Shown here: positions 10,210-19,271 of the stretch, piece by piece
How the letters are laid out: each line of letters starts with the position of its first letter
Numbering within the stretch: the first letter of the stretch is position 1
Source: an uncultured Bacteroidales bacterium
GTDB lineage: Bacteria; Bacteroidota; Bacteroidia; Bacteroidales; UBA1715
Assembly (NCBI GenBank): GCA_964558075.1
Contig: CAZLCY010000003.1
Coordinates: 1-38,506 of the forward strand
Length of the DNA stretch: 38,506 bases
Reading direction: 5' to 3'
The notes under the pieces: generated by a model
What the model was told of the DNA's origin: nothing
Seen by the model: the letters and a program-made list of their open reading frames with translations, nothing else
The model's database searches: none
Translations under genes and position numbers: made by a program

Positions 10210-10323
10210 TTTTATATTTAATTTGTTTTCTAAATCTAAATTAATAAATTTTGAACTTTACACACTTTTGGGGATAGTATCTTTGTTATAATGTAACATA
10301 CAATGTGGCAACAAAATCGCAAG

Positions 10324-13300
10324 TTATTTTTTCTCAATCTTTACCGATGGTATGCGAATATAAAATGTTGTACCCTTATTTTCGGTTGATTCAAACCAAA
10401 TTTCTCCTGAAATATTTTCAATAATTTTTTTACAAATGGCAAGTCCTAATCCACTACCTGTCGATTTTGTTGTGAAATTTGGCGAAAATAATTTGTCCTT
10501 AATTTCATTAGATATTCCTTTTCCGTTGTCTGCTATTTTTATCAAAATTTCTGAATCCTGATAATTTTTTATTGCGACATGAATGTCTCCGCTTTTTCCT
10601 GCCGGAATTGATTGAATAGCATTTTTCAGAATATTATTGAATACCCTTACAATTTTATCTTTATCGGTATATAAAAATATTTTTTCGTCCGGAATATCTG
10701 TATGAATTGTAATGTTTTTTTCCTCTTTAAAAAGAATAACGGTATTATGCAATAAGTTTGCCAGCTCAATATTCTCCGGTTTTCCTTCCGATATTCTAGC
10801 AAAATCGGAAAATGAATTTGCTGTTTCCGCTAAGGTTTCAATTTGTTCTATAATACTGCTTGATATTACTTTAAGTCTTTGTTCAAATTCAGGATCCTTT
10901 TGTTCCCAAGCTTTATGTAATAATTGAATATTTAACTTCATGGGGGTTAGAGGATTCTTTATTTCATGAGCTATCTGTTTTGCCATTTCGTGCCAAGCTC
11001 CTTCTCGTTCTGTTTCCGCAAGTTTTTGAGCACTTGATTCTAACTGGTCTATCATGGAATTGTAGTTGTCTATTAAATCGCCTATTTCATCTGATGTTTT
11101 CCACGAAATTTTCTCATTTCTATTTCCAATTTTCACGAGCTTCATTTTGTCTCGTAAAATTTGAAGCGGATAGGTAATTTTGTTTGAAAGAAATGCGGCC
11201 AAAACGGTTGAGAGCATTATGAGAATCACAAAAATATTTAATATTGCTACAATCAACGAACTAATTTGTTGGGTTAGCTCTGCTTGTTTTGAGAAGTAAG
11301 GCAGGTTAATATATCCAACTATTGAATTGTCTGCATTGGTTATACTTGCATATGCAGATGTGTATTGTAGTCTTTCTATAGATTCTTTGTGAAGAAATTC
11401 TTGTTTTTTTAATATGGCTAAATGATAGAATGCTTCTGAGTCTATCTTTTTACTTGTAAGTTCGTAGGTAAATATTTCCGGTCTTGATGAGGCAATTAAG
11501 TAACCTTTGGTATTGTAAATGTTGATATCGGTAAAGTATGTGTTTGCAAAGCGTAAAAGTTTTGTGTTTAGTAAATTTTGAATTGTATGAATGTTATCAA
11601 CGGTGCTAATATCATCGGATAATTCGATAATAATTGATTGTATTTTTTCTTTTACATTTTTTTTCTGTGCTTCGGAGTATTGATGAATGTTTAAAATAAC
11701 CAAGCTTATTCCCGTTAATAGCAATGAGGCGAAGACTATAGAAAAAAGCGATAATTTAATTTTATCGGTAAAGGTGTTGAACGAAATAATGTGTTTAACT
11801 GATTTACTTTTGTTGAGGTCGTACAGTAATAGTAATAAGAAAAAGTAAATAAAGACATACGAAAACGAAACCAAATGATTGAAAAAGTTTGCTTGGCTAT
11901 TACTGATTATAATACACGTATTCTCGTTTGCTCGGTAAATAATATGTTCAATATTATTTTCGGTAATTATTTTGTATGAATGTAATTTGGGAGCATTCTG
12001 AATTTCGAGAGAGTAGGGGAATTCACCTTTTTGACTTACAAGTTTATTGTTTACATATTTTGCATATGAATACTCAAAAAGTTCTTCACGTACTAAATTT
12101 TCTTCAAGTAATAATTCCGGATATCCCAGTTCTTGTGATATTCGTTTCGAATTTAGTTCTATATATAATTTGCTTGTAGTGCCATTTTTCCAATTGTATG
12201 TTAATGAGTCAAAATAACTGATACTTCCGTTTTGATTATTAAGGAAATAATAATCATTGTTTACGAGTTTTATTCCGTATTTTGATATAATATTTGAAAA
12301 ATATAATTCGCAATTTTTGAGTTTGTTCGATTGTTCAAACGATGGTGATGTTCCGCAAACAGTGCTTTCTAAACTGTATCTGTTGAGAAATCCGCTAAAA
12401 TATTTTTGTTGTAAATAGGTGTTAATTTTCTCATCTTGAATTTCTTTGTGTTGAAGCATGTTTCGTAGTACAGAGTCTTGCTTCATGTTTGGCTTAATGT
12501 CTCTCAGCAAAATTTCTGCAACCGGATCTTGTTCGTTCGTAAGGTTTATTGCGAGTAATTTTTTTATTTCTGTTTGCTTAATGTGAATGTGCTCGTGTAA
12601 ATATATTTGTAAAAAAAGGGCAACGAGAAAAAGCAGGGAAAACCGAAATGTTTTTGTGAAAAATAAATTGTTTGAGTATGCTTTGTATATAAAAATACTA
12701 TGTATAACAATTTGAAATATAATAAAATAAAAAGGATTTTTAACAAAGCCTAAATAATATAGTATAATTGAAAAAAGTATGGTCGTGATTGGTATGAGAA
12801 GGTATCTTTTGAGGTTAATTCTTGTTACAAATACATTATAGCCGGCAAAAAGTATTAAAAAATACGAGAATATCATGATGCCAATAATTGCATATGCAAC
12901 ATAACTTAAAAAGGAGGTGTTGAGTAATTTATACAACTCCAGGTTTATCGTAGAGTCGTATACTATTGACTCGCAGATATTTATTGTTAAAGTGAAAAGT
13001 GCAAGGCTTATTATCGAAAAAACAATCAGGCTTGTGTAATTTGAAATAGATTTTGTTGGTCTCCAGTCTCGAATGCGGAGTTGAATTTGATGAATAAAAT
13101 ATAAGAAGAATAAGAGATTAATGAGTAAATCACCAAGTGAAGGGGTATAGTCGGAAGCTGCATAAAAGTCCGAACTAAACAGGTCGGTTGTGTAGCAAAC
13201 ATAGGGAATTTGGTTTTCAAGCATCCAGTAGCGGATAATTATCAGCAGAATAAAAAATAAGTAATTAATAATATCACGCAGCAACCTTTTTTTGATTTTT

Positions 13301-13995
13301 ATTAGAAAATAATGCATAAAAATGAGTAAAAAAATGATACCCACTAAGTACAGCATTATTGAAAGATAGCGTTGAAGTATATTGTCTGTTCGTCCGTGAT
13401 TTTTTGAAAGACCCAATAAAAAATCACCATTTTGTAAATATATATTGTATGAATTTTCCGTAGGAGTTTTCGATATTTGAATACCTCTGTTTATACTGAA
13501 ATCCGAATGAAATCTATTTGTAATGTATTTATTTTCAAATGGATATTCGCTCTTTATTTCCGATAAAATAAAGACATTAATACTGTCTTTTGTGTGAAAT
13601 GAATTGAGATACCAAATATTATTTAAAAAGAGAATCGAGTGTTTTTCCGGATTGGTAACAATAGAATCGGGCAATATAATTTTATTGTTATTCCAGTATG
13701 TGAGTGAGTCGTTTGTGTATACAAAAAAACTGATTTTTTGATTCTTAATTAATCGTTTTTTTTCCTGATGAATTTTTTTGTATGCCTCGAAATTATTGTT
13801 TTTAACTGAAAATACTTGTTGTGATATATCTTCGGCATATTGCTCTTTTGCATGAATTATTTTTTGGAATAAATCAGCATGCTGTTTGTTGAAATGCTGA
13901 TTGAAGTAATTGGTTTCTACTAACATAGCAGAAAACAATAAAATTCCTGCTAAAAGAAGAAATTTGTATCGTTCGATATATGTATGTAATTTCAA
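10324..13995 (-). CDS. Large multi-pass sensor histidine kinase (HAMP-HisKA-HATPase_c output)
   Basis: 1223 aa with about 12 hydrophobic segments by eye. A Cache-like extracytoplasmic segment is present (FTDINIYNTKGYLIASS...GYINLPYF), then a HAMP-like linker, the H-box AHEIKNPLTPM, the N-box NNILKNAIQS, G1 DNGKGI and G2 GSGLGLAI. The start codon at 13995 is TTG. The first ATG at 13926 would delete the N-terminal TM segment, so the start is uncertain. Confidence 0.85.
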   Translation of the reverse strand: MKLHTYIERYKFLLLAGILLFSAMLVETNYFNQHFNKQHADLFQKIIHAKEQYAEDISQQVFSVKNNNFEAYKKIHQEKKRLIKNQKISFFVYTNDSLTYWNNNKIILPDSIVTNPEKHSILFLNNIWYLNSFHTKDSINVFILSEIKSEYPFENKYITNRFHSDFSINRGIQISKTPTENSYNIYLQNGDFLLGLSKNHGRTDNILQRYLSIMLYLVGIIFLLIFMHYFLIKIKKRLLRDIINYLFFILLIIIRYWMLENQIPYVCYTTDLFSSDFYAASDYTPSLGDLLINLLFFLYFIHQIQLRIRDWRPTKSISNYTSLIVFSIISLALFTLTINICESIVYDSTINLELYKLLNTSFLSYVAYAIIGIMIFSYFLILFAGYNVFVTRINLKRYLLIPITTILFSIILYYLGFVKNPFYFIIFQIVIHSIFIYKAYSNNLFFTKTFRFSLLFLVALFLQIYLHEHIHIKQTEIKKLLAINLTNEQDPVAEILLRDIKPNMKQDSVLRNMLQHKEIQDEKINTYLQQKYFSGFLNRYSLESTVCGTSPSFEQSNKLKNCELYFSNIISKYGIKLVNNDYYFLNNQNGSISYFDSLTYNWKNGTTSKLYIELNSKRISQELGYPELLLEENLVREELFEYSYAKYVNNKLVSQKGEFPYSLEIQNAPKLHSYKIITENNIEHIIYRANENTCIIISNSQANFFNHLVSFSYVFIYFFLLLLLYDLNKSKSVKHIISFNTFTDKIKLSLFSIVFASLLLTGISLVILNIHQYSEAQKKNVKEKIQSIIIELSDDISTVDNIHTIQNLLNTKLLRFANTYFTDINIYNTKGYLIASSRPEIFTYELTSKKIDSEAFYHLAILKKQEFLHKESIERLQYTSAYASITNADNSIVGYINLPYFSKQAELTQQISSLIVAILNIFVILIMLSTVLAAFLSNKITYPLQILRDKMKLVKIGNRNEKISWKTSDEIGDLIDNYNSMIDQLESSAQKLAETEREGAWHEMAKQIAHEIKNPLTPMKLNIQLLHKAWEQKDPEFEQRLKVISSSIIEQIETLAETANSFSDFARISEGKPENIELANLLHNTVILFKEEKNITIHTDIPDEKIFLYTDKDKIVRVFNNILKNAIQSIPAGKSGDIHVAIKNYQDSEILIKIADNGKGISNEIKDKLFSPNFTTKSTGSGLGLAICKKIIENISGEIWFESTENKGTTFYIRIPSVKIEKK

Positions 13996-14037
13996 AATAT
14001 TAGTCGTTTCAAATTTGAATAATCAAAAATAATAAAA

Positions 14038-14511
14038 TTATTCATGATGATAGGGCATGTTATGAATAATTGAGAATCCACGGTATAATTGTTCACTTAA
14101 AAATAATCGAATCATTTGATGTGAAAAGGTCATTTTTGATACTGCCATTTTTTGAAAATTCTGTGCATATATTTCTTCCGAAAATCCGTAAGGTCCACCA
14201 ATCACAAAGCAAAGTTCTTTTGTTGCAATTTGTTCGTGTTTGTGTATCAAGTGTGAAAATTCTTGTGAGCGATATTCTTTTCCTTTTTCGTCTAAGAGAA
14301 TAACATGTGCCTGATTGTTAATTTTTTGTAATATGAGAGCCCCTTCTTTTTTCTTTTGCTCGGCAATAGAAAGTTTTTTTGAGCGGCTGACGTCCGGAAT
14401 TTCTATCCACGAAAATGTGCAAAATCGTGATAGGCGTTCAGAATATTTTTGAATTCCGTACCGAAGATATTCTTCGTCTGTTTTTCCAATCATAATGCAC
14501 GTTATTTTCAT
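14038..14511 (-). CDS. rlmH: 23S rRNA (pseudouridine1915-N3)-methyltransferase RlmH
   Basis: 157 aa, the SPOUT family size and layout. Motifs: MKITCIMIGKT..., LLDEKGKEYRSQEF, FVIGGPYGFS, LSEQLYRGFSII. Confidence 0.9.
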   Translation of the reverse strand: MKITCIMIGKTDEEYLRYGIQKYSERLSRFCTFSWIEIPDVSRSKKLSIAEQKKKEGALILQKINNQAHVILLDEKGKEYRSQEFSHLIHKHEQIATKELCFVIGGPYGFSEEIYAQNFQKMAVSKMTFSHQMIRLFLSEQLYRGFSIIHNMPYHHE

Positions 14512-14523
14512 GTAAATGAGGTG

Positions 14524-15270
14524 TTATAAATGGATGAATTTATCGGTATCATATTTTTTTAATGGATTATTCGTGTTTTTTTGTCCTTCTTTTTGTTGGA
14601 ATGAAATAGAAAATTGAAGAATTTGAGTATCCGGAAATCGAGAAAAATCACCAAATTTTCCTTTGTATGATGCGTTAAGGAAATTCGACATATAATATTG
14701 TAGCTGCAAATGAAATCCTTTTGGAAATTGATATCCGATAATTGCCGAAGGTATAAATATCTCGGTTGCCTTGCTCAACCACTGGCTGTCGATTATTTTT
14801 TTATTATTAATTTTTTGTTTCTGTCGGTAGTGAAACGAAAAATCGTACCCGGCTCCAATATAGAGAAATGAGAATTTTTGCAGAGCACCAATTTTCATGG
14901 CAGCATATGTTTCTGCCATATATGAACGTCTTATTATATAGTCGTATCTGATATTATCAAGTATTTCATTCTTTGTTTTCATGCCAACATTTTTTATGGC
15001 AAAACCCTGCAATAATCCAAAGTGTTTCGAAAAATCTATGTGGGTACTGAAAGAGGTGTTAAACAAAATGCTCGTCCTCATTGCCATTGTATATTCATGC
15101 TCATCCGAATAATGAGGGATGTATTGAAAAATAATATCCGTTGAGGTGGTAAAATAAACGTGTTTTAACGAATCTTTTCCGTCATCTATCTTCTGAAAAC
15201 CAGAAGTTTGACTGTGTGTTTGTGTCGTAAAAACACTGAGTATACTAAGGATTACGAGTGATTTTTTCAT
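14524..15270 (-). CDS. Putative outer-membrane beta-barrel protein (hypothetical)
   Basis: Signal peptide MKKSLVILSILSVFTTQTHSQ. It has alternating hydrophobic/aromatic strand-like patterns (FSFLYIGAGYDFSFHY, IIGYQFPKGFHLQLQYY). Its ATG overlaps the stop of the upstream gene (ATGA, 15267-15270). I cannot name the family with confidence. Confidence 0.5.
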   Translation of the reverse strand: MKKSLVILSILSVFTTQTHSQTSGFQKIDDGKDSLKHVYFTTSTDIIFQYIPHYSDEHEYTMAMRTSILFNTSFSTHIDFSKHFGLLQGFAIKNVGMKTKNEILDNIRYDYIIRRSYMAETYAAMKIGALQKFSFLYIGAGYDFSFHYRQKQKINNKKIIDSQWLSKATEIFIPSAIIGYQFPKGFHLQLQYYMSNFLNASYKGKFGDFSRFPDTQILQFSISFQQKEGQKNTNNPLKKYDTDKFIHL

Positions 15271-16898
15271 TGTTCTGTAATATTTATATATGTGCCATAT
15301 GAAGAATTAGGACGTTGTATTCCAATAATTTCGCATAAGGTTGGTATAATACTCGTTGTTGAAAGTGATGTGTGAATTTTTTGTGCTTGTGTATTCCAAC
15401 CATACCAGAATAAGGGCACATGTGTTGTTTCGGTATATGTTGAAGAATGTTGTGCTACCTTATTAACTGTTTGTTCGCTCCAACCCGGCATAAGTTCGAT
15501 AAAAATATCTCCCGATCGTTTTTGATTGTAGCTATTGCTCATTCGTTGTTTTATGTTGTCGTTGAATCCATGGTTATTCATTGCGTATGCTGTTAAAACG
15601 GTGTGTATACCTGCCAGTTTTTGTAGAAATAAGGCGGATTCTTCTTGAATGGAGCGAAGTGAGATTTTGTGATTTTCTATTCTATCTCTGTTCAAGTAAA
15701 TCTGGTTTGAGCGATAATATTCTATCCACGGGCCTTTTCCGTATTTGGTTTCTAAATGTTTTTCAAGAATGTAGGTTGCTTCTATTAATTTGAATTCTCG
15801 TCCTTCGTTTTTCGTTTGTTTTAAGTATTCTGTTGGTGCTTCAACACCCGATGTTGACGTTACTACGAGAATAAAATTTTCTTTGCCAACATGTGATTCT
15901 AAAAATCGAATAAGAAAATTTATTTCATCGTCTAAATGAATCATGCAATCTTGTACTTCTTTTGAAAGAGATCCGAATTTGTGAGTAATCTCTGCAAGTG
16001 CAGTAAATGAAATGGTTAATAAATCTGTTTGGGAGTCTTGTCCGAGTTTTTCTCGGTGAATAAGGTTGAGTGCTAAGTCTTTTGTAAACGTGTTGCCAAA
16101 TGGCGTTTGTGTGAGAATCGTGTATGGACTATATGTGTTTTTGAGGGTAGAGAGTTTATACGGAAATGTGTTTTGTCCTGCAAACCCAATTTCGAAAGAG
16201 GTATTGTCGGGAAGAGATTGGGTATATTTTGCAAGTGGATATTTGCTTGTCCATGTTTTTGAAAGATAGGTGTCGCTTAAATTCTTATTATTGAATGAAA
16301 CGAGCCATTCTGGTAGTTCGTCATTAAAATATGAGCTGGTAACCCAGTTCCCTTGTTTGTCATCTAACCAAAACACACCGTCCGACATTCTTCCGCCCAT
16401 GAGCACAGCCGATTGGGGAGTTAAACCAACACTGAAAGTTTTAGCATGTCCTTTGCTGCTTAGTTCTAGTTCGTCGGTAAGAGTGGTAAGAAAATTCTTT
16501 TTCGGACATACTTGAAATAGTTTTTTGTTGACACAGCCTACGCAGTTGTATGCATAATCGAGAATTGCAAATTCTTCTTTTTTGAGAATTCGGTTGTACC
16601 ATACGTTTCCAATTATACCATGGTCTGATGGGGGGCTGCCCGTTACGATACTTGTGTATGCCGATGCGGGATTTGCGTATGCAAAAGGAATATGAACATT
16701 GGTACACGTAGTGCCATTTTCAATTATTTTTTTAAATCCAAAATCACTAAAATGCGGATAAAAACGAGAAATGTATTCGTATTTCATGTTTTCTACCACA
16801 ACTATTACAATTAGTTTTGGTTTGTTCGGAATATTTTGAGAAAAAAGAGTATGAGCCGATAAGCTGAACAATAAAATTAAACTAATAAAAAATCTCAT
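15267..16898 (-). CDS. Secreted alkaline-phosphatase-superfamily protein (PafA/NPP-like), with apparently degenerate active-site motifs
   Basis: 543 aa with signal peptide MRFFISLILLFSLSAHTLFSQ. Collinear PafA/NPP-like blocks are KPKLIVIVVVENMKYEY, IVTGSPPSDHGIIGNVW, ELPEWLVSFNNKNL, TPFGNTFTKDLA, QTDLLTISFTALAEITHKFGS, FILVVTSTSG, SGDIFIELMPGW and THVPLFWYG. See the finding for the catalytic-residue substitutions. Confidence 0.75.
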   Translation of the reverse strand: MRFFISLILLFSLSAHTLFSQNIPNKPKLIVIVVVENMKYEYISRFYPHFSDFGFKKIIENGTTCTNVHIPFAYANPASAYTSIVTGSPPSDHGIIGNVWYNRILKKEEFAILDYAYNCVGCVNKKLFQVCPKKNFLTTLTDELELSSKGHAKTFSVGLTPQSAVLMGGRMSDGVFWLDDKQGNWVTSSYFNDELPEWLVSFNNKNLSDTYLSKTWTSKYPLAKYTQSLPDNTSFEIGFAGQNTFPYKLSTLKNTYSPYTILTQTPFGNTFTKDLALNLIHREKLGQDSQTDLLTISFTALAEITHKFGSLSKEVQDCMIHLDDEINFLIRFLESHVGKENFILVVTSTSGVEAPTEYLKQTKNEGREFKLIEATYILEKHLETKYGKGPWIEYYRSNQIYLNRDRIENHKISLRSIQEESALFLQKLAGIHTVLTAYAMNNHGFNDNIKQRMSNSYNQKRSGDIFIELMPGWSEQTVNKVAQHSSTYTETTHVPLFWYGWNTQAQKIHTSLSTTSIIPTLCEIIGIQRPNSSYGTYINITEQ

Positions 16899-16909
16899 TA
16901 ATTTCGTTT

Positions 16910-17752
16910 TTAAATAGCCTTAAGACTCATATCTAAACTTGTAATCTGATGAGTTAATGCTCCAACGGAAATATAGTCGACTCCCGCCTCGGCATAAGCA
17001 CGAATACTTTCTTTTGTAATACCTCCTGATGATTCAGTTTCGCAGGCACCATTAATTCGGGTTACGGCTTTTCGTGTTTCTTCGGGAGTGAAATTGTCAA
17101 TTAAAATACGGTGTACGTCAAATTTGAGAATTTCATCAATTTCATCAAAATTTCGTGCTTCAACTTCTATTTTCAAATCTTTGTTAATCGTTTGCAAATA
17201 TTTTTGTGTTTTTTCTATTGCTTGGGTAACCCCGCCTGCATAGTCTATATGATTATCTTTTATTAAAATCATGTCATATAAACCTATTCGATGATTATAC
17301 CCGCCACCGGTACGAACTGCATATTTTTCGAGTAATCGCATGCCCGGAGTGGTTTTTCGAGTGTCAAGAATTTTTGTGTCTGTCCCCTCAAGTAAATCAA
17401 CATATGTTTTGGTAGTTGTTGCAATTCCACTTAAGCGTTGCATGAAATTTAAAATAAGGCGTTCGGTTTGAAGTATCGATTGGGTTTTTCCACTTACGGT
17501 AAAAGCAACATCCCCAGGTTTTATGATTGTTCCATCAGTAAGCAATACGTCTATACGTAACGTTTTGTCAAAATGTGTGAGAATTTTTTTTGCAAGTTCA
17601 ACCCCGCACAATACACCGGCTTGTTTAATATGTAGTTGTGCTGAGCCCTCTGTGTTTTCGGGAATGCACGAAAGTGTTGTATGATCTCCGTCTCCAATAT
17701 CTTCTGCAAATGCAATTGCAATAAGATTATCAATCAATGAATTATCAATCAT
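16910..17752 (-). CDS. nadC: Nicotinate-nucleotide pyrophosphorylase (carboxylating) / quinolinate phosphoribosyltransferase
   Basis: 280 aa. Motifs: EDIGDGDHTT, ILDTRKTTPGMR, HRIGLYDMILIKDNH, ETESSGGIT. Confidence 0.92.
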   Translation of the reverse strand: MIDNSLIDNLIAIAFAEDIGDGDHTTLSCIPENTEGSAQLHIKQAGVLCGVELAKKILTHFDKTLRIDVLLTDGTIIKPGDVAFTVSGKTQSILQTERLILNFMQRLSGIATTTKTYVDLLEGTDTKILDTRKTTPGMRLLEKYAVRTGGGYNHRIGLYDMILIKDNHIDYAGGVTQAIEKTQKYLQTINKDLKIEVEARNFDEIDEILKFDVHRILIDNFTPEETRKAVTRINGACETESSGGITKESIRAYAEAGVDYISVGALTHQITSLDMSLKAI

Positions 17753-18122
17753 GTTCTATTCTTAGTTTTTGAATGTGAATTATTGAGTTTGTTTGTTTTG
17801 TGAGGTAATAAATCCGAAACGATTTTGATGCTGTTTTGTATATGCCAATGTAAAACGTTGCCTGTGAATTGCCACCTTTATGTTGCACTGCAAATGTTCC
17901 GGGAGGGTTTTCAGCGAAAAACTTTTTTAAAATTACTTGAGCTTGGGCTTTACTGTATATGCCTTCGTTCGATAAAACGGTTAAATCAATATGGCTGTCA
18001 AAGAATGATGATAATACTTCAACATTGCCGCTTTCTATAGCTAAATTAATTTCTTTATTTGTTTGTGCAAATAGCGTTGTATTTACAATAACAAAAAGTA
18101 TACACGTGGAAATTTTTTTCAT
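17745..18122 (-). CDS. Small secreted protein, probably DUF4783 family
   Basis: Signal peptide MKKISTCILFVIVNTTLFAQ, from the ATG at 18122 (the track's 18167 start adds 15 unlikely residues). The size of about 125 aa and the 8-nt overlap with the nadC start fit the DUF4783 proteins I recall next to nadC in Bacteroidota. The family name comes from memory. Confidence 0.5.
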   Translation of the reverse strand: MKKISTCILFVIVNTTLFAQTNKEINLAIESGNVEVLSSFFDSHIDLTVLSNEGIYSKAQAQVILKKFFAENPPGTFAVQHKGGNSQATFYIGIYKTASKSFRIYYLTKQTNSIIHIQKLRIEHD

Positions 18123-18210
18123 GTCAGTATATTTTTGTTTTGTAAAAATACAAATTTTAAGCCACATTACAAATATTTAGTGTTTTTATGCTTTTTTTAA
18201 ACTCTTATGA

Positions 18211-19242
18211 CTAATAATCTAATTCTTTTGTCTTGCCACTGAATACTTTATAGGCAAATATTGTATATCCTACTAATAATGGAACACCGAAAGAACTCAT
18301 AATAAGCATTATTTTAAGTGTTTTTTCTGAGGATGCTGCATTGTAAATTGTAATAAAGGATTCTTCAGAACCTGTACTTGGTAAAAGTACCGGATATAAT
18401 TCTATAGTTGCCGTAATTATAATACTTACAATAAACAGTGATGATAAGAGAAACGCACCGGTATATTTTTGTGTGTTTAGTAAGTAAAAAATGCTTATAA
18501 AAGATGCATATGCAATGCCCGGAATTAACCATAAAACAGGGGTTTCTATGTATGTTTCGGTAAGGTGAGGGAAAGATGAAAATGTGTACGTTGTAAGAAG
18601 TATTACTGAAAGAAAACAGAGGGCAAATGCGGTTTTTATTCTCTTTTTGAAAAATTCGTGCATGTCGCCTTCGGTTTTTATGAGCATAAATAAGCCTCCG
18701 TGTATTATGCAAACAGCAAGGGCAGTTACACCAACTATTAAACTATATGGTGTAAGAAAATCGAGAAATGCATTTCCCCGATATATATAATTATTGTCAA
18801 GCTCTATACCTTGAACAATGTTCCCTAGAACAATACCCAAAAGTATTGGTATTAGAGAACTTGATATTCCAAAAAAAATGTCCCATGTTTTTTTCCACCA
18901 TTTCATTGGTTCTTTTCCTCTGAATTCAATAGCCGCTGCTCGAAAAATAATGACGAATAAAAAAAGCATAAAAGGAATGTAGAGTGCTGAAAAAAAACTT
19001 GCGTACATTAGTGGAAATCCTGCAAATAACGCACCACCACCAATGACTAACCATACTTCATTTCCATCCCAAAAAGGACCAATTGCATTGAATGAAGTTT
19101 GTTTATGCTCTTCTTTACGTAAAAGCAAATGCCAAATACCGGCACCAAAATCTAATCCGTCTAAGACTATATATCCAATAAAGACAAGGGTAATAACCAT
19201 AAACCAAAGTGTCGGGTAATCTATACCTAAAAATGTTTCCAT
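18211..19242 (-). CDS. cydB: Cytochrome bd ubiquinol oxidase subunit II
   Basis: 343 aa polytopic membrane protein. The N-terminus LWFMVITLVFIGYIVLDGLDFGAGIW and WDGNEVWL are CydB hallmarks. It lies 29 nt downstream of cydA. Confidence 0.9.
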   Translation of the reverse strand: METFLGIDYPTLWFMVITLVFIGYIVLDGLDFGAGIWHLLLRKEEHKQTSFNAIGPFWDGNEVWLVIGGGALFAGFPLMYASFFSALYIPFMLFLFVIIFRAAAIEFRGKEPMKWWKKTWDIFFGISSSLIPILLGIVLGNIVQGIELDNNYIYRGNAFLDFLTPYSLIVGVTALAVCIIHGGLFMLIKTEGDMHEFFKKRIKTAFALCFLSVILLTTYTFSSFPHLTETYIETPVLWLIPGIAYASFISIFYLLNTQKYTGAFLLSSLFIVSIIITATIELYPVLLPSTGSEESFITIYNAASSEKTLKIMLIMSSFGVPLLVGYTIFAYKVFSGKTKELDY

Positions 19243-19271
19243 ATTTTTTGTGAGCTTATGACATGCAACAA

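Noticed and set aside
18365-18712. 115-aa minus-strand ORF inside cydB, and the 18584-18790 plus-strand ORF
   Set aside because: Both are out of frame or antisense within cydB and have a basic, low-complexity composition, so I treat them as spurious.
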